Shown: piece after piece, positions 1 to 10,300 of the stretch
Position numbering within the stretch: position 1 is the first letter of the stretch
Layout of the letters: every line of letters begins with the position of its first letter
Source: Promethearchaeota archaeon
Lineage (GTDB): Archaea; Asgardarchaeota; Lokiarchaeia; Sigyniarchaeales; SOKP01
Length of the DNA stretch: 64,000 bases
Direction: 5' to 3'
NCBI GenBank assembly: GCA_019058295.1
Contig: JAHPZI010000022.1
Location: 1 to 64,000 of the forward strand
The notes under the pieces: model-generated
Databases searched by the model: none
What the model was told of the DNA's origin: nothing
Seen by the model: only the letters and a program-made list of their open reading frames with translations
Program-made: the position numbers and the translations under genes

Positions 1-1
1 C

Positions 2-532
2 CTATGCATTTATTAGCAGAATTTGACTAAGTGAAATTATTATAATGAGACTAACGCTTAATAGAATAATTATAACCATATCTATAGATTTAATTTCTTC
101 TTTTGAGACTTTTTTAATCCATAAAATAGTTAAAATCAAGGATACAATTATAAAAACCATTTCTTTAGTAGGATACCAAAAATCTGGAAAAAAATACTTA
201 AAAAATTGGTTTATAGGTTCATCCGGTAAATTATTAAATTGTAAGAATGAATTTATTGCGCATTGATATAACGAAAAAATAAAAAACCAGCATAAAAAAA
301 TAGTGATTGAATCCAATTTGGGCAAAAAATATAAAACTATAAGTAATCCGGTCCCAAAAATCACAACCATCACAACTCCAAATTCATTTCCGAAAAGTTG
401 AAGTAAAGAATAAACAAAGAGATTTCCCCATTCAATTCCTTGAAAAACAACTTGAATATATATGCCTATGGCATATAGAATGAAGGAAATTATTGTTATT
501 ACGATTAAAATTAATAACTTTTCGTCTCTCAT
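2..532 (-). CDS. hypothetical multi-pass membrane protein
   Basis: 176-aa ORF with about 5 hydrophobic segments; no recognised family motif. Confidence 0.7.
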   Translation of the reverse strand: MRDEKLLILIVITIISFILYAIGIYIQVVFQGIEWGNLFVYSLLQLFGNEFGVVMVVIFGTGLLIVLYFLPKLDSITIFLCWFFIFSLYQCAINSFLQFNNLPDEPINQFFKYFFPDFWYPTKEMVFIIVSLILTILWIKKVSKEEIKSIDMVIIILLSVSLIIIISLSQILLINA

Positions 533-681
533 GATTCATTCAAAATTTAAATTATTATTTAACTACATTAAAACAAATTTATAAATCCTAATTAAGAAGT
601 AAAGTATTTATTTATTTCCTAAAACTTTTATTATTGTTAATGACCCTATTATTAATATAAAAAGAAAAAAAAGTTATATTA

Positions 682-2535
682 TTACTTTTTGAGAATTGCT
701 TTTCGCTTTATAATTACAATTAAAGAGATTATAGCAATAAAAACAAATAGCAGATAGTAATTTCCAAATGGAATTATTTCCTCCTCATCGTCGTCATCAT
801 CGTCATCCCCACCACCTCCACCAGGTTGAGATTTAGTTTTAACATAAACAACTTTACAATCATTATATAAATAAATATTACCTGTACAATATTCATCCCG
901 TATACAAACCGTATTATTATATAAGGTATTGTTCGTTATTCTGTTATAATTGCTGTGTCTTAAAAGTATACCACAATCAAAACTGAAATTTACCATATTC
1001 TTCGTAATATTGTTATAATTTGAATAATCTAAAAGAATTCCAACTTCATTATATGTAAGATTATTTTCTGAGATTGTAGTGTCTTCAATATAACCAATCG
1101 CTATTCCAAAATCAGAATTATTATTAGCAATGTTGCTTGTTATATTAATATTATTGCCAAATCCAACAGCAATGCCCATATGGTTATTATTAGCGATGTT
1201 TTCCTCGATTGTATAATTATTATTATATAATAAGTACATTCCTGCAGCGGAGTTAAATGAGACATTATTGTTAAAGAATACATTATCTCTACAGTAATAT
1301 GTTTGAATTGCTGCTAAAGTTCGAGAAATATTTAAGGATGAGATTTTTGAATTATTACAATTTACTAATATCACTTGACCAGGGAGTCCAGCAATAGTAA
1401 AATCATTTGTTTGAAGTGAAACTTTATCAGTATAGTAATAGAGTGGATTTCCATTAATTTTATTTGATGTATCAATACTTTGTGAAGAAAGTTCCTCAAG
1501 TGAACCACCGAGTACTAATCCATTGTCCTTAAACAAATTTCCAGAAACCGTATTATTCATACTTTCCTCTATCAAAATTGCATTTCCTGCGATATTCGTA
1601 AAATTATTTTTTGAAATTATTGAATTATCACTTTCAGAAAGTATTATCCCATCCTCATAGTGATTACTTATAATATTTTCAGTCATTGTGTTATTATTAC
1701 CTTCAATAATAATTAATCCTGACTCAAAGCTATTAGAGATATTATTTTTTATAAATGTACTATTAAAAGAACGCAATGAGAAAACTCCATCTTCTCCAAT
1801 GTTAGATATATTATTTCCTGAGAATAAATTATAATAACTATCCAATAGAGACATTCCATCATTTTCACAGTTAGTTATATTATTTCCTGAGAGTACATTA
1901 TAATAACTATCGTATAGAACCATTCCATCAACTTTGCAGTTATTTATCGTGTTATTTATTAAATTGCAATTACTACAGCTAATAAGATATATTCCATTAT
2001 CGCCGATGTTGTTAACAACATTATCTGTTACATTAATATTATTACAATATGCTATTTGTATTCCCCTAAAACCACTACTCAAAACGTCATTATCAATTAG
2101 TTCGCCTTTTTGCACACCAAGTAACTCAATTCCTGAAGCACCTAAAGAACCTCCAACATTATAAATTGTACAATTTCGAATTCTAAAGTATTTAGACCAA
2201 GAATTCATAATATGAATTCCATAACTCAAACCGTTTGCATTAATGGAAACGTTTTCTATGACATAAGGATCATCCTTAGTTCCTTCACCATTACACCACT
2301 CGTTAGAAGAATTTATATCATCCCAAGTTGGACCATTATAATCATCAATATATATTGGATCGATTATCCAATTTCCAGTGGTTTTAGGATTGGTAATATT
2401 ATTTTTCTCGATATCTTTGTCGTTTTCATAAACGTTTATTGAAAGATTGCTGATATTATTATTAAAAGCAGTCAATAGTGAGAAAACTATCGCAATAGAT
2501 AGTCCTAAACCTATAATTTTTGTTTTAGATTTCAT
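682..2535 (-). CDS. cell-surface right-handed parallel beta-helix (NosD/CASH-like) protein with C-terminal membrane anchor
   Basis: N-terminal signal/TM, G.GT..DPY.IEN motif, many N-x-I-x-N-N/GI-x-L repeats, Gly/Asp-rich linker, IPFG-TM-KRK tail typical of Lokiarchaeal surface proteins. Confidence 0.85.
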   Translation of the reverse strand: MKSKTKIIGLGLSIAIVFSLLTAFNNNISNLSINVYENDKDIEKNNITNPKTTGNWIIDPIYIDDYNGPTWDDINSSNEWCNGEGTKDDPYVIENVSINANGLSYGIHIMNSWSKYFRIRNCTIYNVGGSLGASGIELLGVQKGELIDNDVLSSGFRGIQIAYCNNINVTDNVVNNIGDNGIYLISCSNCNLINNTINNCKVDGMVLYDSYYNVLSGNNITNCENDGMSLLDSYYNLFSGNNISNIGEDGVFSLRSFNSTFIKNNISNSFESGLIIIEGNNNTMTENIISNHYEDGIILSESDNSIISKNNFTNIAGNAILIEESMNNTVSGNLFKDNGLVLGGSLEELSSQSIDTSNKINGNPLYYYTDKVSLQTNDFTIAGLPGQVILVNCNNSKISSLNISRTLAAIQTYYCRDNVFFNNNVSFNSAAGMYLLYNNNYTIEENIANNNHMGIAVGFGNNINITSNIANNNSDFGIAIGYIEDTTISENNLTYNEVGILLDYSNYNNITKNMVNFSFDCGILLRHSNYNRITNNTLYNNTVCIRDEYCTGNIYLYNDCKVVYVKTKSQPGGGGGDDDDDDDEEEIIPFGNYYLLFVFIAIISLIVIIKRKAILKK

Positions 2536-2711
2536 ATTAAATAATCCTCTTTGAAAACAATTATTTAATGGTTACTAATGTTTATTAAAAAATTTAAATA
2601 TTACAAAAAATTCAAAAAAAAAATTCTGGAAAATCAAAAATGAAGTGTAAATTATTGATACAGAAGAACTTGGAAAGATAGATCTATTGAGGATGCAATT
2701 AATTTTTCTTT

Positions 2712-3401
2712 TTATTTCCTATATCTTTTATGATTCCTAATGACCCTATTATTTTTCTTCATAATAACTTTCATCGCCTTTAAATATACTACAGTCGGTA
2801 TTATTTCTACATGTTGAATGAATTTTATTGAAATAGGTCTATCGCATCTAGAACAAAGTCTCGAATTTTTTAACCATCTCCTAAACTCATCAGCATGGGC
2901 TGGATGTCCACAGTGGGGACAAATAATGATACCTCTTTTCTCATCCGCAGGAAGTGTGGGCAATTGAAAGCAGAAAATACATTTGAAATCTTCTTGATTA
3001 AGGATAGTGCCCTTAGGTTTTAATCTAGTTAAACTATAAGTTTTTTTTCTCGATGCTGAGTTATTGGTATGAGTAGATCTATGAACTGGATTTGAACTTG
3101 TATGGGTATGATTTTGTGTTTTATGGTTAGTCCTTTGTATTGTCCTATTCGTAGTTCTTGGTGGAGATCTCACGGTAGTACGAGAAGATGTACGGTTTAC
3201 TGTTCTTGTTGGTGTACGCACCGTAGTACGAGAAGTGGTGCGATTTACTGTTCTATTAGGAGAGCGAGTAGTAGTGCGAGATGTAGTACGATTTATTGTT
3301 CTATTAGGAGAAAGTCTAATGGTGCGAGATTTAGTACGATTTGAATTTTTTGATTTTGAAAATAAAGAGGTCAGTTTAGAACGTCGTTTTCTTTTTGACA
3401 A
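2712..3401 (-). CDS. RING-like zinc-finger protein with Arg/Thr/Ser-rich repetitive N-terminus
   Basis: CxxC...CxxCxHxxH...W...CxxC (CIFC/CPHCGHPAH/WLKNSRLCSRC); directly downstream of a ubiquitin-like gene. Confidence 0.7.
   Translation of the reverse strand: MSKRKRRSKLTSLFSKSKNSNRTKSRTIRLSPNRTINRTTSRTTTRSPNRTVNRTTSRTTVRTPTRTVNRTSSRTTVRSPPRTTNRTIQRTNHKTQNHTHTSSNPVHRSTHTNNSASRKKTYSLTRLKPKGTILNQEDFKCIFCFQLPTLPADEKRGIIICPHCGHPAHADEFRRWLKNSRLCSRCDRPISIKFIQHVEIIPTVVYLKAMKVIMKKNNRVIRNHKRYRK
3129..3311 (-). repeat. intragenic 48-nt (16-aa) tandem repeat, about 3.8 copies
   Basis: SPNRTINRTTSRTTTR / SPNRTVNRTTSRTTVR / TPTRTVNRTSSRTTVR / SPPRTTNRTIQRT. Confidence 0.85.
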
Positions 3402-3491
3402 TTCTACACACCATCATTTTAATTTTGTTTAATATTATTTAATTAAAATAAAAAAAAAAAAGAAATTTGGGAAGGCATAAAGCCTTCTTAT

Positions 3492-3845
3492 TTATCCCGC
3501 GGTACTAGCAGGGATTAAGAGGACCTCGTCTCCATCGGATACACTATAATTGTCTAAGGGTGAACCTTCATCCATGGTTACCCCGCCTGAAGAAATGTGA
3601 AAATCAGCTGGATTTAATCCAAAAATATTTCCAACGGTTTGCTTGATATCTCCAACGGCATTGCCATCGTCAACGGTTAATTTCTGTTTTTTCTCGCCAG
3701 GACCAATAGTGGATGTGAAATAAAGCGTAATTTTTCTACCTCCCGCAGGAGATTTGTAAGCAGGTGTCTTAGAACGTGTTACTTGTTCTTCAATATTCTC
3801 TTCTAGATCCTCATCAAATTCGTCTTTAAAACTCATATTAATCAC
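3492..3845 (-). CDS. ubiquitin-like (beta-grasp) protein with acidic N-terminal extension, ending in Gly
   Basis: Ubl pattern (KLTVDDGNAVGDIKQTVG...LDNYSVSDGDEVLLIP), C-terminus ...STAG. Confidence 0.75.
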   Translation of the reverse strand: MINMSFKDEFDEDLEENIEEQVTRSKTPAYKSPAGGRKITLYFTSTIGPGEKKQKLTVDDGNAVGDIKQTVGNIFGLNPADFHISSGGVTMDEGSPLDNYSVSDGDEVLLIPASTAG

Positions 3846-4106
3846 TCCTTTTATTTTATTTTTTTTTATTTTGTTGTGTTAAACTTAATAGAAAGATACT
3901 GTTAGTATTATTTGAATGAATTAGGAATAAATGTGAAGAGTTTTTTTATTCTAAATAAGATAAATTGAAACAATCAAGGATTCTCAAATAACAATACTAT
4001 AAATTGAATAAAAGAATTAAATAATTTATAGCCCTTAATAATTTATCTTAGAGAGAAAAAAGTTTAATAAAAACTGGATAATTTAATGCACGTAAAGTAT
4101 TAGGAT

Positions 4107-4781
4107 ATGAGCATCTCGGAAAATGCAGAACATGTTGTTTTAGGGATAGTTAGAGAATATTTATCAAAAAAGCCTTATTTTTCAATGGGAGATATAGTTG
4201 AATTTGTAAATAACCGTGTAAGGAAAAACCCAGACATAAATAAGAACAAAATTGAATTAATCATTAAATCTTTGATAAAAAAAAGAGTTATTATTGCCGG
4301 AACTAAGTTGATGAAGAATGATATCATTGAAAATCCAACAAGGAATGAGATCCTTAATTATATAAGAAAAAATCCGGGAAAAAACATAAACGAAATAATG
4401 AGCCATCAAAAACTTGGAAGTAATTTAGCTTTGTGGCATTTATCTTGTTTAGAAAAGTTCCAATTCATTAGGTCTAAAAAAATGGGGAATCGAAGAATAT
4501 TCTTTAAATTTGATTCTAATCCTAAATTTGATGAAATACACTATTATATGAGAAATAAAGTTGTCCAAACTATTTTGAAATTTATGAAGAACGAAAATAG
4601 GGCGTTAAAGATCACAGATATAGCTGATGGTTTGAAAAAAAATCATAACACAATTAAAAAATACTTAGAAACTTTAACAAATCTGAATTTAGTAGAAATT
4701 GAAAAAGAAAAATCTAGAAAATTATACAAAATCAATCAGGAGAGGTTTTTAAAAGCAGTTAAATTGGTGCGTAGTGGTTGA
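4107..4781 (+). CDS. multi winged-helix transcriptional regulator (ArsR/HTH-like)
   Basis: R.EILNYI..NPG....I...LG...LWHL..LE plus a second wHTH (ITDIADGLKKNHNTIKKYLETL). Confidence 0.8.
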   Translation: MSISENAEHVVLGIVREYLSKKPYFSMGDIVEFVNNRVRKNPDINKNKIELIIKSLIKKRVIIAGTKLMKNDIIENPTRNEILNYIRKNPGKNINEIMSHQKLGSNLALWHLSCLEKFQFIRSKKMGNRRIFFKFDSNPKFDEIHYYMRNKVVQTILKFMKNENRALKITDIADGLKKNHNTIKKYLETLTNLNLVEIEKEKSRKLYKINQERFLKAVKLVRSG

Positions 4782-4863
4782 ATTTGAATTACTTCATATT
4801 TAATCCTATTGCATTTTTATTGAAATTTGAATGTAATAATAATGAGAAAATGATGATAAAACT

Positions 4864-5691
4864 ATGAGTAAAAATACACCGAAAAAAAATAAAACTTTAA
4901 TTGTAATTCTTATAGCTCTTTGTGCTATTTCTATACTAATCTATCTCATTTTTTTCTTAAATAATCTTCTTTTGTTTTTTGTGTTGGTTATTGGGAGTGC
5001 CACAGTGGTATCTACAAGCACGATTTATACCGTTATACATCAAGTGGGTTCAACAGATGAGAGGGTTAGAGAAAAGAAATTCTTATCTAAAGCAAAGGCA
5101 CTCGAAAAGAGAAAAAAGTTAGTTAAAAAGGGGCAAACATCTGATATTATTGAGGAGTATATGAAAAATATGCCTTCTATCCAAAAGTATGCTGATTCTG
5201 ATAAATCTTACGAAGAAATGCCTATAATTGATAAGTTCATTTTTACAGAACTCAGTCCTGAAGAAAGGATAAAAATAAATCGTTTAGGATTATCCGATAT
5301 CGATAAAAAGCAATTCATTAAGGAAATTATATATTTTACTAAAGAAGACAGAATGAATTTAATTGATAGTATGTTTGAGAATCGGGATAAAACTGACGGT
5401 GAAATCATATATATTCCACCTATGACAGTGGTTGAAGCGATAGAAACTTTTCGTGTTTACGTAATATCATTAGTTAAATCAGGGGAGAAGAGAAAGATAA
5501 TTACTGTTGAAACATCAGATTTTATAAGTGATGTCAAGGAACAATTGGGTATTTTGTTTGATTACGATTTAGACGATTTCCTATTGTCCACAGGGGGATT
5601 AATCATGCTTGAAGATACGCAAATAAAGGACTACAACATCGAAGATGAGGATCAAATTGTTCTGATTCCTTCAAGAAAAGCTGAGAAATAA
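4864..5691 (+). CDS. membrane-anchored protein with C-terminal ubiquitin-like domain
   Basis: two N-terminal TM helices; last ~80 aa align by eye with the Ubl at 3492-3845 (GEK.K..TV...GG..M....DY...D.D...LIP) but lack a terminal Gly. Confidence 0.7.
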   Translation: MSKNTPKKNKTLIVILIALCAISILIYLIFFLNNLLLFFVLVIGSATVVSTSTIYTVIHQVGSTDERVREKKFLSKAKALEKRKKLVKKGQTSDIIEEYMKNMPSIQKYADSDKSYEEMPIIDKFIFTELSPEERIKINRLGLSDIDKKQFIKEIIYFTKEDRMNLIDSMFENRDKTDGEIIYIPPMTVVEAIETFRVYVISLVKSGEKRKIITVETSDFISDVKEQLGILFDYDLDDFLLSTGGLIMLEDTQIKDYNIEDEDQIVLIPSRKAEK

Positions 5692-5711
5692 ATTCAGACG
5701 GTTTTCATTGA

Positions 5712-6170
5712 TTATAATTCTAATACTTGAAGTCTTGAATAACCTTGTTTAATAAAATCATAATCTAATAATTCGATTTTCTCAGGTATAATTTTTAAAA
5801 GTAGCTTTCTTCTTCCTCGGACTATTTTCTGTGCTTCTTTAAATCCTTCATCGCCCTCTTTCATGAAAATTAACCTTTCATTTCCAGTAGCGGTAATCTG
5901 CATACCTTGAATCTTACCAGTATCCATTGGAGTATAAATTCCAATACTTACAACAGGATTTTCTTCTATATTTTTTACTTTTCTTCCCGGAGCTGGCCCT
6001 ACATAGATGTTAAAATCATCAGACTTTTTATCTGTATAAAAATCCATTGGTGTGGCACGGGGTATATTATTTGCACATGTGCATAAGACTAAAATTTTTC
6101 TTATTGTTAAAAAGTCTCGAATTTCTTCTTTTAATTCTTCTTCTGGCATTTTCTGCATTTTCTTATCCAT
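5712..6170 (-). CDS. pyridoxamine 5'-phosphate oxidase-like (flavin/F420-binding split barrel) protein
   Basis: LVLCTCANNIPRATPM...RKVKNIEENPVVSI pattern. Confidence 0.8.
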   Translation of the reverse strand: MDKKMQKMPEEELKEEIRDFLTIRKILVLCTCANNIPRATPMDFYTDKKSDDFNIYVGPAPGRKVKNIEENPVVSIGIYTPMDTGKIQGMQITATGNERLIFMKEGDEGFKEAQKIVRGRRKLLLKIIPEKIELLDYDFIKQGYSRLQVLEL

Positions 6171-6206
6171 TTTAAATCTACCTAAATATTCCTTTATTTT
6201 CTTTCT

Positions 6207-7022
6207 TTATTCCTTTTTAGCATATAACATATACACTCCCATAATAGTTTCTAGACTGGGATCCCCCTCTTCAACGCTAAATCCTTTTTTTTCCAATAAA
6301 TTTGTAAGTTCATTCATTAAATTTGCTCCTCCTTTTATATGGGTATGAACTTCCATTGCTATCTGCTGTATTTTTCCCCAATCATCATCTTTAATTCCTG
6401 CGAGCACTTGCCATTCATAATTTTCAGCATCAATTTTCATTAAATTAATTTGTTCTATGTTATTTTCTTGTATAATTTGTGAAAGAGGTCGTATTTGACA
6501 TTGAACAATTTTGCCTCTGTATACGGCTTTAAGCCCAGCTTCAACTAATCCCTTACGTTGATCCTCAGGGATATTTTTTGCTTGAGGCATATCTTTACAG
6601 ATTGTTTCTTCATAGTTCTTTAAGAAGAGATCCACTTTTAGATCCCAATCAAATGGAATAATAGCTGAATCTCCACTACATTTGGGATAGTAGGTAATAT
6701 CAAGGGTCTCTTCTTTTTTTCCTAAGCCAATATTGAAATTTTTTATATCAGCATTAACGTCTTTAAGATTTGCTTCTAATACATTAAATATTGCAGGTAT
6801 TGGCTCAAATGTAAAAATTTTTAGATTATTTGCTTGAGTAGAGATAAAACGAGAGAATAAACCAATATTAGCACCTACATCTAATATTATATCTCCATCC
6901 TTAACGTTAATTCCACGCTTTAAATAAACCTTATCAACATAAATCTCGTCATAGATATATTTTGCTGTTAATCTATCTATTATCGAAATTTTTTCACCAT
7001 TAGGTAGTGTAAGAGTTTTCAT
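6207..7022 (-). CDS. FkbM family SAM-dependent methyltransferase
   Basis: DVGANIG, FEP, LMKIDAENYE, MEVH motifs. Confidence 0.9.
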   Translation of the reverse strand: MKTLTLPNGEKISIIDRLTAKYIYDEIYVDKVYLKRGINVKDGDIILDVGANIGLFSRFISTQANNLKIFTFEPIPAIFNVLEANLKDVNADIKNFNIGLGKKEETLDITYYPKCSGDSAIIPFDWDLKVDLFLKNYEETICKDMPQAKNIPEDQRKGLVEAGLKAVYRGKIVQCQIRPLSQIIQENNIEQINLMKIDAENYEWQVLAGIKDDDWGKIQQIAMEVHTHIKGGANLMNELTNLLEKKGFSVEEGDPSLETIMGVYMLYAKKE

Positions 7023-7185
7023 TAATTTTAATAATCCTTTTAGAATTAATATATTTTCTACGCTAAGGAGAAGTAAGAAACAATAAATAATTTAAAGATT
7101 TAGTTTTCAATATTATTAATTTGTGAATTTGATTTAATTTTTAAATCATTTTGAAAATCAATTATAGACTTAGGTCTTAAAAAAA

Positions 7186-8226
7186 ATGAATTCTGAAAAT
7201 AATAAAGTAATGACAATAAAAGAAGCAGTATCTAAATTCGTTAAGGATGGAGATATGCTTAATCCTTGTAATTTTGTGTATGCAATCCCTTTTGCTATTG
7301 TTCATGAAATAATTAGGCAGAGAAAGAAGGATCTAACATTAGCTTCTAATGCTTTTATTGAGGAAGGTGATTTATTAATAGGAGGAGAGTGTATATCTAA
7401 GATTATTACAGCGTATTCTCACAGAGGTGGAGGGCGTCGTTATAAAAATGAATTAGATCGAGCATTACGCGCAAAAACTGTTGAATTTGAAGATTATTCA
7501 AATTTTACTATGGTTGCAATGTTTAAAGCAGGTGCTTTAGGATATACATATATGCCAGTAATGAATGCTATAAAAGAAACCGATATGTTTCGTCTAAGAA
7601 CTATAATGGGAGAAAATAAGTTTAAAATTATTAAATGCCCCTTTACAGGTAAAGAATCTGTTGTAGTACCCGCTTTAAATCCTGATGTTGGAATTTTACA
7701 TGTTCAAAGAGCTGACAAATATGGGAATGCTCAATTTTGGGGTAGTTTAGGTACATTAAAGTGGGGTGCTTTATCCTGTAAAAAATTAATCGTTTCATGT
7801 GAAGAAATTGTGGATCACGAGAAAATTAAGCGTTCACCTTTTTTAACTATTGTACCTGGATTTAGGGTTAACGCAGTATGTGAAGAACCCTGGGGTGCAC
7901 ATCCAAGCGAATTAGCTGGATACTATGACGTCGATAATGGGTTCCGTGCGTTTTATTTTGCTCAGACTCTTTCCAATTTAGCCAATAAAAAATGGATGCA
8001 AGAATGGATTTACGATAGAAAGGATCGAAAAGATTATTTGGATCATTATATAGAAAGATTTGGTAAGGAACCTTTAGAACATTGTAAAGTAAATGAATAC
8101 TTGTCGGATCAAATAAATATGGGATATAAAAAGAAATATTGGCAAGATGATTTTTGTCATAAAATAACACAAACAAGAGAAGAATATTTAGAAAAAGTCG
8201 AAAAATATGGAGAGTTGGAATTATGA
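7186..8226 (+). CDS. family I CoA-transferase subunit A (glutaconate CoA-transferase-like)
   Basis: EAVSKFVKDGD, HEIIRQ, PALNPDVGILHVQRADKYGN, EPWGAHPS motifs. Confidence 0.9.
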   Translation: MNSENNKVMTIKEAVSKFVKDGDMLNPCNFVYAIPFAIVHEIIRQRKKDLTLASNAFIEEGDLLIGGECISKIITAYSHRGGGRRYKNELDRALRAKTVEFEDYSNFTMVAMFKAGALGYTYMPVMNAIKETDMFRLRTIMGENKFKIIKCPFTGKESVVVPALNPDVGILHVQRADKYGNAQFWGSLGTLKWGALSCKKLIVSCEEIVDHEKIKRSPFLTIVPGFRVNAVCEEPWGAHPSELAGYYDVDNGFRAFYFAQTLSNLANKKWMQEWIYDRKDRKDYLDHYIERFGKEPLEHCKVNEYLSDQINMGYKKKYWQDDFCHKITQTREEYLEKVEKYGELEL

Positions 8227-9059
8227 AGTATATGCGTGTAGAATTGTTAATAATAACAGCAAGTAAAGAGATTAAAGATGGAGAATTATGTATTATTGGT
8301 CAAGGAATCCCGTTCGCAGCAGGCGCATTAGCTAAACGAAAGCACGCGCCAAATGCCATAATTCTATGTGAAGCAGGAATGGTTGACCTTAATCTATTTC
8401 AAACTCTAGAAGATATATCAGATCCTGGTTCAAGTAAAGGATTTTCATATTCAATTGGTTTGTTTGATATTTTTACAACAATTGCTAATCGCGGTTATGC
8501 TGATGTATGTCTTTTAGGAGCCGCCCAAGTTGATAAATATGGAAACATAAATAGTACGGTTGTTGGGGATTATTATATAAGTAAGAGAAGCGATTTTAGA
8601 CTCTCAGGAGCTGGAGGAGCTCCCGAATTTTCAGGTCATTCTAATCGTACAGTTTTAACTTTGGTCGGCGGTCAGTTTGTAAATAAATTAGATTATATTA
8701 CTAGTCCAGGATGGTTAACGGGAGGTGAATCGAGGCGTAAGGCAGGTCTTCCAGGTGGACCTTCCGCATTAATTACTAAGTATGGTCTCTTCAGATTTGA
8801 TGAAAATTCAAAAGAGATGTATCTGGCAGGTCTATTTCCTCAAACTACTGTTGAAGATATTAGAGAACAAATCCCATGGGATTTAAAAGTTGCTGAAGAT
8901 TATGGAAAAACTTTAGAAAAAATACCATCTCCTAAAATTGAGGATTTAGAATTTTTAAGGGAATTTGATCCTTTTTTTGGAATTAGCGCTCATGAAGGAC
9001 GCAGATTACAAGCACAAGCATTGCCCGTTTTTTATGAACGTGGAGCCGCCAATGATTAA
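8223..9059 (+). CDS. family I CoA-transferase subunit B
   Basis: LGAAQVDKYGNINST, GAGGA, DYITSPG; stop/start overlap with subunit A. Confidence 0.9.
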   Translation: MKYMRVELLIITASKEIKDGELCIIGQGIPFAAGALAKRKHAPNAIILCEAGMVDLNLFQTLEDISDPGSSKGFSYSIGLFDIFTTIANRGYADVCLLGAAQVDKYGNINSTVVGDYYISKRSDFRLSGAGGAPEFSGHSNRTVLTLVGGQFVNKLDYITSPGWLTGGESRRKAGLPGGPSALITKYGLFRFDENSKEMYLAGLFPQTTVEDIREQIPWDLKVAEDYGKTLEKIPSPKIEDLEFLREFDPFFGISAHEGRRLQAQALPVFYERGAAND

Positions 9060-9079
9060 TTACAAGAAGATAAAAAAAA

Positions 9080-10261
9080 ATGAAGTATGAAGTAATTGTG
9101 TCAGGAGCAGGACCAGCAGGGTCAAAATGTGCTGAAGTTATATCAAGGGCGGGGTATAAGGTTGCACTAATTGAAAAAGATATAAATTTCCGAAAGCCAT
9201 GCGGGGGGGGATTACCTAGATCAAGTATCTACCGGTATTACCCGCAATTGAAAAAATTAAATTTAATCAAAAAAAATACATTGGCAATGTTTTCTGCTGA
9301 TGACCATAAACTCGAATATTCATATGAAGATTCTGAAGATAACCCAATTGTAATAGATAGGTTAGAATTTGATAATCTAATAAGAAATGTAGCTGTGGAT
9401 GCGGGAGCAGAGCTTTTTGATAAAAATGTATCATACAATTTCATATATAAAGATCGAAAAAGAGTTGGAATTAAAACAAGAACGCCCTCAGGCACCAAAA
9501 CATACTTAGCTAATATAATTATTGTAGCGGATGGGATGAGCTCAAAATTAGCTCACAAATCAGGATTGAGAGGGAAATGGAGACCTTTAGATATAGGTAT
9601 AGGTAAAGCACAAATATTAGAGGGCAAAAACAATTTAAATGGGAAGGGTACGTATTTTTTTTTTAAAAAGTATGGTTATAGTTGGATATTTCCTATAGAC
9701 AAACAAAAATTTAATCTTGGTTCAATTACTTATTATGAAAACAATTTAAAATATAATGTAAATGATTTATTTAATAATTTCCTTAAAGAATTACGGATTA
9801 AAAAATTAATATCTAATATAGATTATAAAATGATATGGTCAGCAATATTTCCCGAACCTGCCACGGGAGTTCTAGAAAAAAGTATGTTGGACGATAACTT
9901 AATTCTTGTTGGTGATGCAGCTGGATTTGTAGCTCCAATCAGTGGAGAAGGTATTCATGGTGCAATTGTTTCGGGACAAGTAGCAGGAGAAACTTCTATA
10001 AAAGCCATAGAAAGAGAAGATTTTTCGGCAGATTCTCTTAAGGAGTTCAAAAGGCATCCAAATATCAAAAAAATCATTAGATTGTTTAAATTTCAACGTA
10101 AATTTGTAAATTTCTTTTATGAAAATGAAGGTGAAAATCTCAATAAGATTTTTAAAATGGCGGAAAAAAATAAAGAATTTAAGGAGAATGTTATAAATAT
10201 TTTTATTTTCGGCCGAACACCTCCAAAAGATTTTATCTCAAAAATAAAAAGTACTCATTAA
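9080..10261 (+). CDS. geranylgeranyl reductase family FAD-dependent oxidoreductase
   Basis: GAGPAGS, KPCGGG, ADG, GYSWIFP, GDAAGFVAPISGEGI. Confidence 0.9.
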   Translation: MKYEVIVSGAGPAGSKCAEVISRAGYKVALIEKDINFRKPCGGGLPRSSIYRYYPQLKKLNLIKKNTLAMFSADDHKLEYSYEDSEDNPIVIDRLEFDNLIRNVAVDAGAELFDKNVSYNFIYKDRKRVGIKTRTPSGTKTYLANIIIVADGMSSKLAHKSGLRGKWRPLDIGIGKAQILEGKNNLNGKGTYFFFKKYGYSWIFPIDKQKFNLGSITYYENNLKYNVNDLFNNFLKELRIKKLISNIDYKMIWSAIFPEPATGVLEKSMLDDNLILVGDAAGFVAPISGEGIHGAIVSGQVAGETSIKAIEREDFSADSLKEFKRHPNIKKIIRLFKFQRKFVNFFYENEGENLNKIFKMAEKNKEFKENVINIFIFGRTPPKDFISKIKSTH

Positions 10262-10300
10262 AAAATATTAAATAGAAATAATTGAAAATAGTGGTGTGTT

